A DNA stretch of 51,040 bases from Chlorokybus atmophyticus (taxonomy: Eukaryota; Plantae; Mesostigma and Chlorokybus algae), in contig RHPI01001202.1 of NCBI GenBank assembly GCA_009103225.1, positions 1 through 51,040 on the forward strand, read 5' to 3'. A model generated the notes under the pieces. The model was given only the letters and a program-made list of their open reading frames with translations. It had not been told where the DNA came from and searched no databases. The position numbers and the translations under genes were made by a program. Of this stretch, positions 47,920 through 51,040 are shown piece by piece (within the stretch, counting starts at the first letter, position 1; each line of letters opens with the position of its first letter).

Positions 47920-49510
47920 ATGGTGGGGGCGGCGAGGTCCACCAAGAGGAGGCTGCTCTCGCTGCTGGCAACAGGGGCGGCGTTGCTTCTGCTGTGGGGC
48001 ATGTGGGCGAGCCAGTTGGCACTGACGCCGTTGACGGAGCACAATGCGGCATTGTTGGCTCTGCAAGACACGACTGTCTTCCCACCAACGGTCTTGTCAA
48101 TCCCTTCTACACCTCCTGCTCCACCCACTACACCTCTGCAGCCAGGCCGCTGGTTGCAGTGGACGCCGCGAGCAGAAGAGCTGATTCTTGGATATGTAGG
48201 AAGCATGCAGTTCCCGCACACATGCGATGACCAGCGCGTGCTGTTCTTGACTCCTAGGGAGAAGGTGAGCTGCCAGTTGCAGTTGTTCATCAAGGTTTGA
48301 CGTGTTGTACTAATTCAGTTTGTCCTTGTCCTGTCTGTTGCTTTTGGAAGCTGCTATGGTGCTTGATGCAGGCAATGCATGTGTGCATGTGGTGTAGTAC
48401 TCAACATGTCCACTGTATTGGCAGGGATTCTTTTCTACCCTGCATTCCTTTGAGATGGCGCTGGTCGCTGCCATGCATCTCAACCGCACACTGGTGCCGC
48501 TGCCCAACCCGGACAAGCTGTCCATGCAAGGGTTGGAGCAGAACGGGCACGGCGGGTACAGCCTGTGGGCCAGCCACATCGTGTCTCCCACATGCGTAAA
48601 ACACCTCGAGCAGTTCACGCTCTCTGCAAACGGCCTGAATGTCATGGATGTCCCGCACGCTTGTGGGAACTTCACGGATGCCGCCAGCCCCATCTCGCAC
48701 GAGCCAGGCAAGTATGTCCAGTACTGCAGCGGTGGCAAATGGGAGGTGCCTTGGTGCCGAGTACCTGTCACTGAGTGTTGCACCAAAGTCAACCTTCTGG
48801 ACTCGCATTTCTCCTTGCGTGGCTTTCCTGACTGGCTGTGGAGCGAGCTGCTGGCAGAAGGTGCCGTCGTGCTGCCTCTGAATAAAGCTGTTCATCCTTT
48901 GGAGCAGCAGTTTATGCTGCATGCCATCATCGGCAAGTGGTTGTTCGACAAAGCCGTCAGCAATAAGGAAGTGCTTCACTTTGTGCAGACGTTGCCAGCC
49001 AGTTCTTTGATGCTCGGTGTTCAAGTCCGCCGCTCAGACAAGAAGCACGAAGACCCGTACTGGAAGCTTCACCGCCAGTACCGGCCTGTCGCTGACTACT
49101 TCAAAGCCGTGTTGGAGACCACACCTGGCAATGGACTGCCAAAGTGTCCGGAAGCAGTTTTTCTCATATCAGATGATCCGCAAGTCCTCAGCTTTGCCAA
49201 GCTGGAACAAGCAGCACGCAAGGCTCGTGAAGCTGGCAAGGCTGATGAGCTCTGCTTCGCAAATCTATACTCAGACACGGCTGCCACAGCTATGTCGGAG
49301 TCCAGGGCGATGAGGAACCTGCCAGATGAAGTCAACCGCATGCTTGCTGGTGTTCGGACAATGGTCACCCGCGTTGACTACGCTGTTGTTACAGCATCCT
49401 CCAACATTGGTAGGTTTATTTTTGAGTATCTTGGGGCTAGAGTGCGCATTGCTCAGGTCGTTTCGCAAGGGCCGTTGGGAGTGCTACTGGATGGCCACTG
49501 GCACATGTGA
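47920..49510 (+). CDS. Type II membrane fucosyltransferase-like protein (GT23, FUT8/NodZ-like), two exons
   Basis: N-terminal TM anchor and Pro-rich stem, GFFS.LH, LGVQVRRSDKKHE, VFLISDDP and VDYAVVTASSNIGRFIFE, matching the three conserved alpha-1,6/alpha-1,2-fucosyltransferase motifs. Intron about 48266-48423. Confidence 0.7.
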
Positions 49511-49909
49511 GTATGCAGCTTGTGTACGCATCCATGTAGCACCTGAGTGCATATTGTTCCAGGTGTGTAGGTAAAACATTGTGATAAACTATGTTGTAGA
49601 ACAGCACATACAAATGGTCCTGCTGTCGTTTGTTGCCGGTCAGCCATTGGGTAGTGTCCCTTGGGTAGTGGCAAATGTGGCATTGCATGGCCAAGTGGAG
49701 GCTGCAATGCAGGTGCTTGAGCTGCTTCTGCTTCACCTATGCCACCAAACATCATGCATCATCTAGCATTGTGCAAACGACACTTCTGTGGGGGGCTGCA
49801 TGTCATGTTGCAATACGACTTGTGTTGGTGGTGCACGTAGTCCACACAGACACAAAAGTAGTACATAAGCTCAGACCAGCCGCATATTTTTGATGCTTGT
49901 AGGCTAGCC

Positions 49910-50282
49910 GCACCAATCCCACCACCCAACCCCACCGACAGCACATAGCTGCCAGCTGCGATGCAGTGGTCCTGCGCGATGCAGTGCTGACGTTTGCACT
50001 GGACAGTGAGGGTTGGGGTAGTGAGGGAGAGCAAAGTACCGATGACTCTGCAGAAGAGTGTGGCGGGGAAGAGCGGGAGAGAGGCAAGCAGAGAGAGGCA
50101 GAGGGAGTCGTCGTCATTGCTGCTGCCATCCTTGCCATCTTTGCCATTGTCGATACCAACTAAGTGTGAGACCGTATGGGCGGGTGAATACTTTGCAATG
50201 TGCATGCTGGTGTGAACTAACGGGGTAGGGGTTAGTGTGTTGGGTAGAGTTAGGAGTTAGGAGTTAGGAGCAGCCCGGTGGT
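49910..50282 (-). repeat. Dispersed repeat, long copy of the two-box family
   Basis: CTAACGGGG at 50217-25 and CAGCCCGGTGGT at 50271-82 on +. The reverse complement aligns to 47-390. Confidence 0.8.
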
Positions 50283-51030
50283 ATGAAACATCTTCATGCC
50301 AAGGCATGTGCCGTGTGTTAGATGTGATGCAGGACATTGCATGCGTTTGACACTATGCATGCTGTTAATCTAGCATCATATCTTTTATACACTCTTAAAC
50401 GAGGGCTTCAAGATACGAGGAGAAACCACTACTATCTACACACATGGTGTATGCGTCGAATACATAAAATAAAAGGCTATTCTATGCATGCAGCATGTGC
50501 AAGTGATGCAACTGTTGAATGTACAACTCTCGCTCTCGCTTGCTAGGCCGATGTACTGCTGAGGGGCTCCGCTCACTGCTACCGCTCTTGTATTTACTCA
50601 TTGCTTGCTTTGTGCTAGCACCGACGTGACCCATTGCCCTTAACGTCTAGACATTTGCCGCATCACACCACTTGCTGCTCGTTATCGAATCATGTAATTG
50701 TGGATGTACTTTGTTGTTGTGTTGTCTTGACACAATAATCAGTAATGCTCTGCAAATTTAAACACAGGTCTTTGCGTGTACATGACGTAGGAAAAACTTG
50801 AGGTGCCTGCAATAAAATTAGGCACAAAAGGATTATATGCAAAATTGAGAACAATGGCATGTGCGCGTCTTTTTATCGAAGGGGAATTGTTTCACACTTG
50901 TTTCGACACAAAATAAAGAGATTACGTGTGTTAGTAGGAGGCAAGTGCAGCTGTTGCACAAAGCAAGGAGAAGGGCCCGGAATGCGCAATCACACGCAAG
51001 TGCAAACTTACCATATTTTGCTGCGACAGC

Positions 51031-51040
51031 CCCCCCCCCC
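51031..51040. repeat. Poly(C) run at the window end (possibly a contig break)
   Basis: cccccccccc. Confidence 0.7.

Noticed and set aside
50165-50282. HDV-like or twister ribozyme reading of the two-box motif (CTAA-CGGGG as J4/2-P2; AGCCCGG as in twister)
   Set aside because: No HDV L3 (UCCUCGC-like) or P1/P3 arrangement upstream, and no twister GGUCCYAAGCC loop or GAGGG partner.
1-51040. CRISPR arrays, rRNA, tRNA or prokaryotic operons
   Set aside because: No regularly spaced repeat-spacer array or structural RNA gene was recognised, and all genes are spliced eukaryotic genes.

Overview
Eukaryotic, intron-rich nuclear DNA from a green-lineage organism. An early-diverging streptophyte alga is my inference, based on plant-type proteins, short GT-AG introns and (T)GCAG acceptors. 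Eight host genes alternate strictly in orientation as four head-to-head pairs: GluTR-binding protein(-)/CABIN1(+), HUS1(-)/TMEM87-like(+), myosin XI(-)/SAC3A-LENG8(+) and CUL4(-)/GT23 fucosyltransferase-like(+). The recognisable transposon debris sits at or beyond gene 3' ends. It comprises at least three decayed Penelope-like RT elements; one near-complete copy has a GIY-YIG endonuclease N-terminal to the RT (Chlamys-type) and direct terminal repeats. Nested in these elements are a ~1.4 kb TRIM-like LTR element, a 472 bp MITE-like element and a 172 bp TIR-less insert with an 8 bp TSD. A dispersed 'two-box' motif (CTAACGGGG - 41-45 nt variable spacer - YAGCCCGGTGGT) recurs across the window, and three long near-perfect hairpins lie next to these remnants. 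There is one assembly gap (86 N) inside a (TA)n tract. Exon boundaries were read by eye and no database searches were run.
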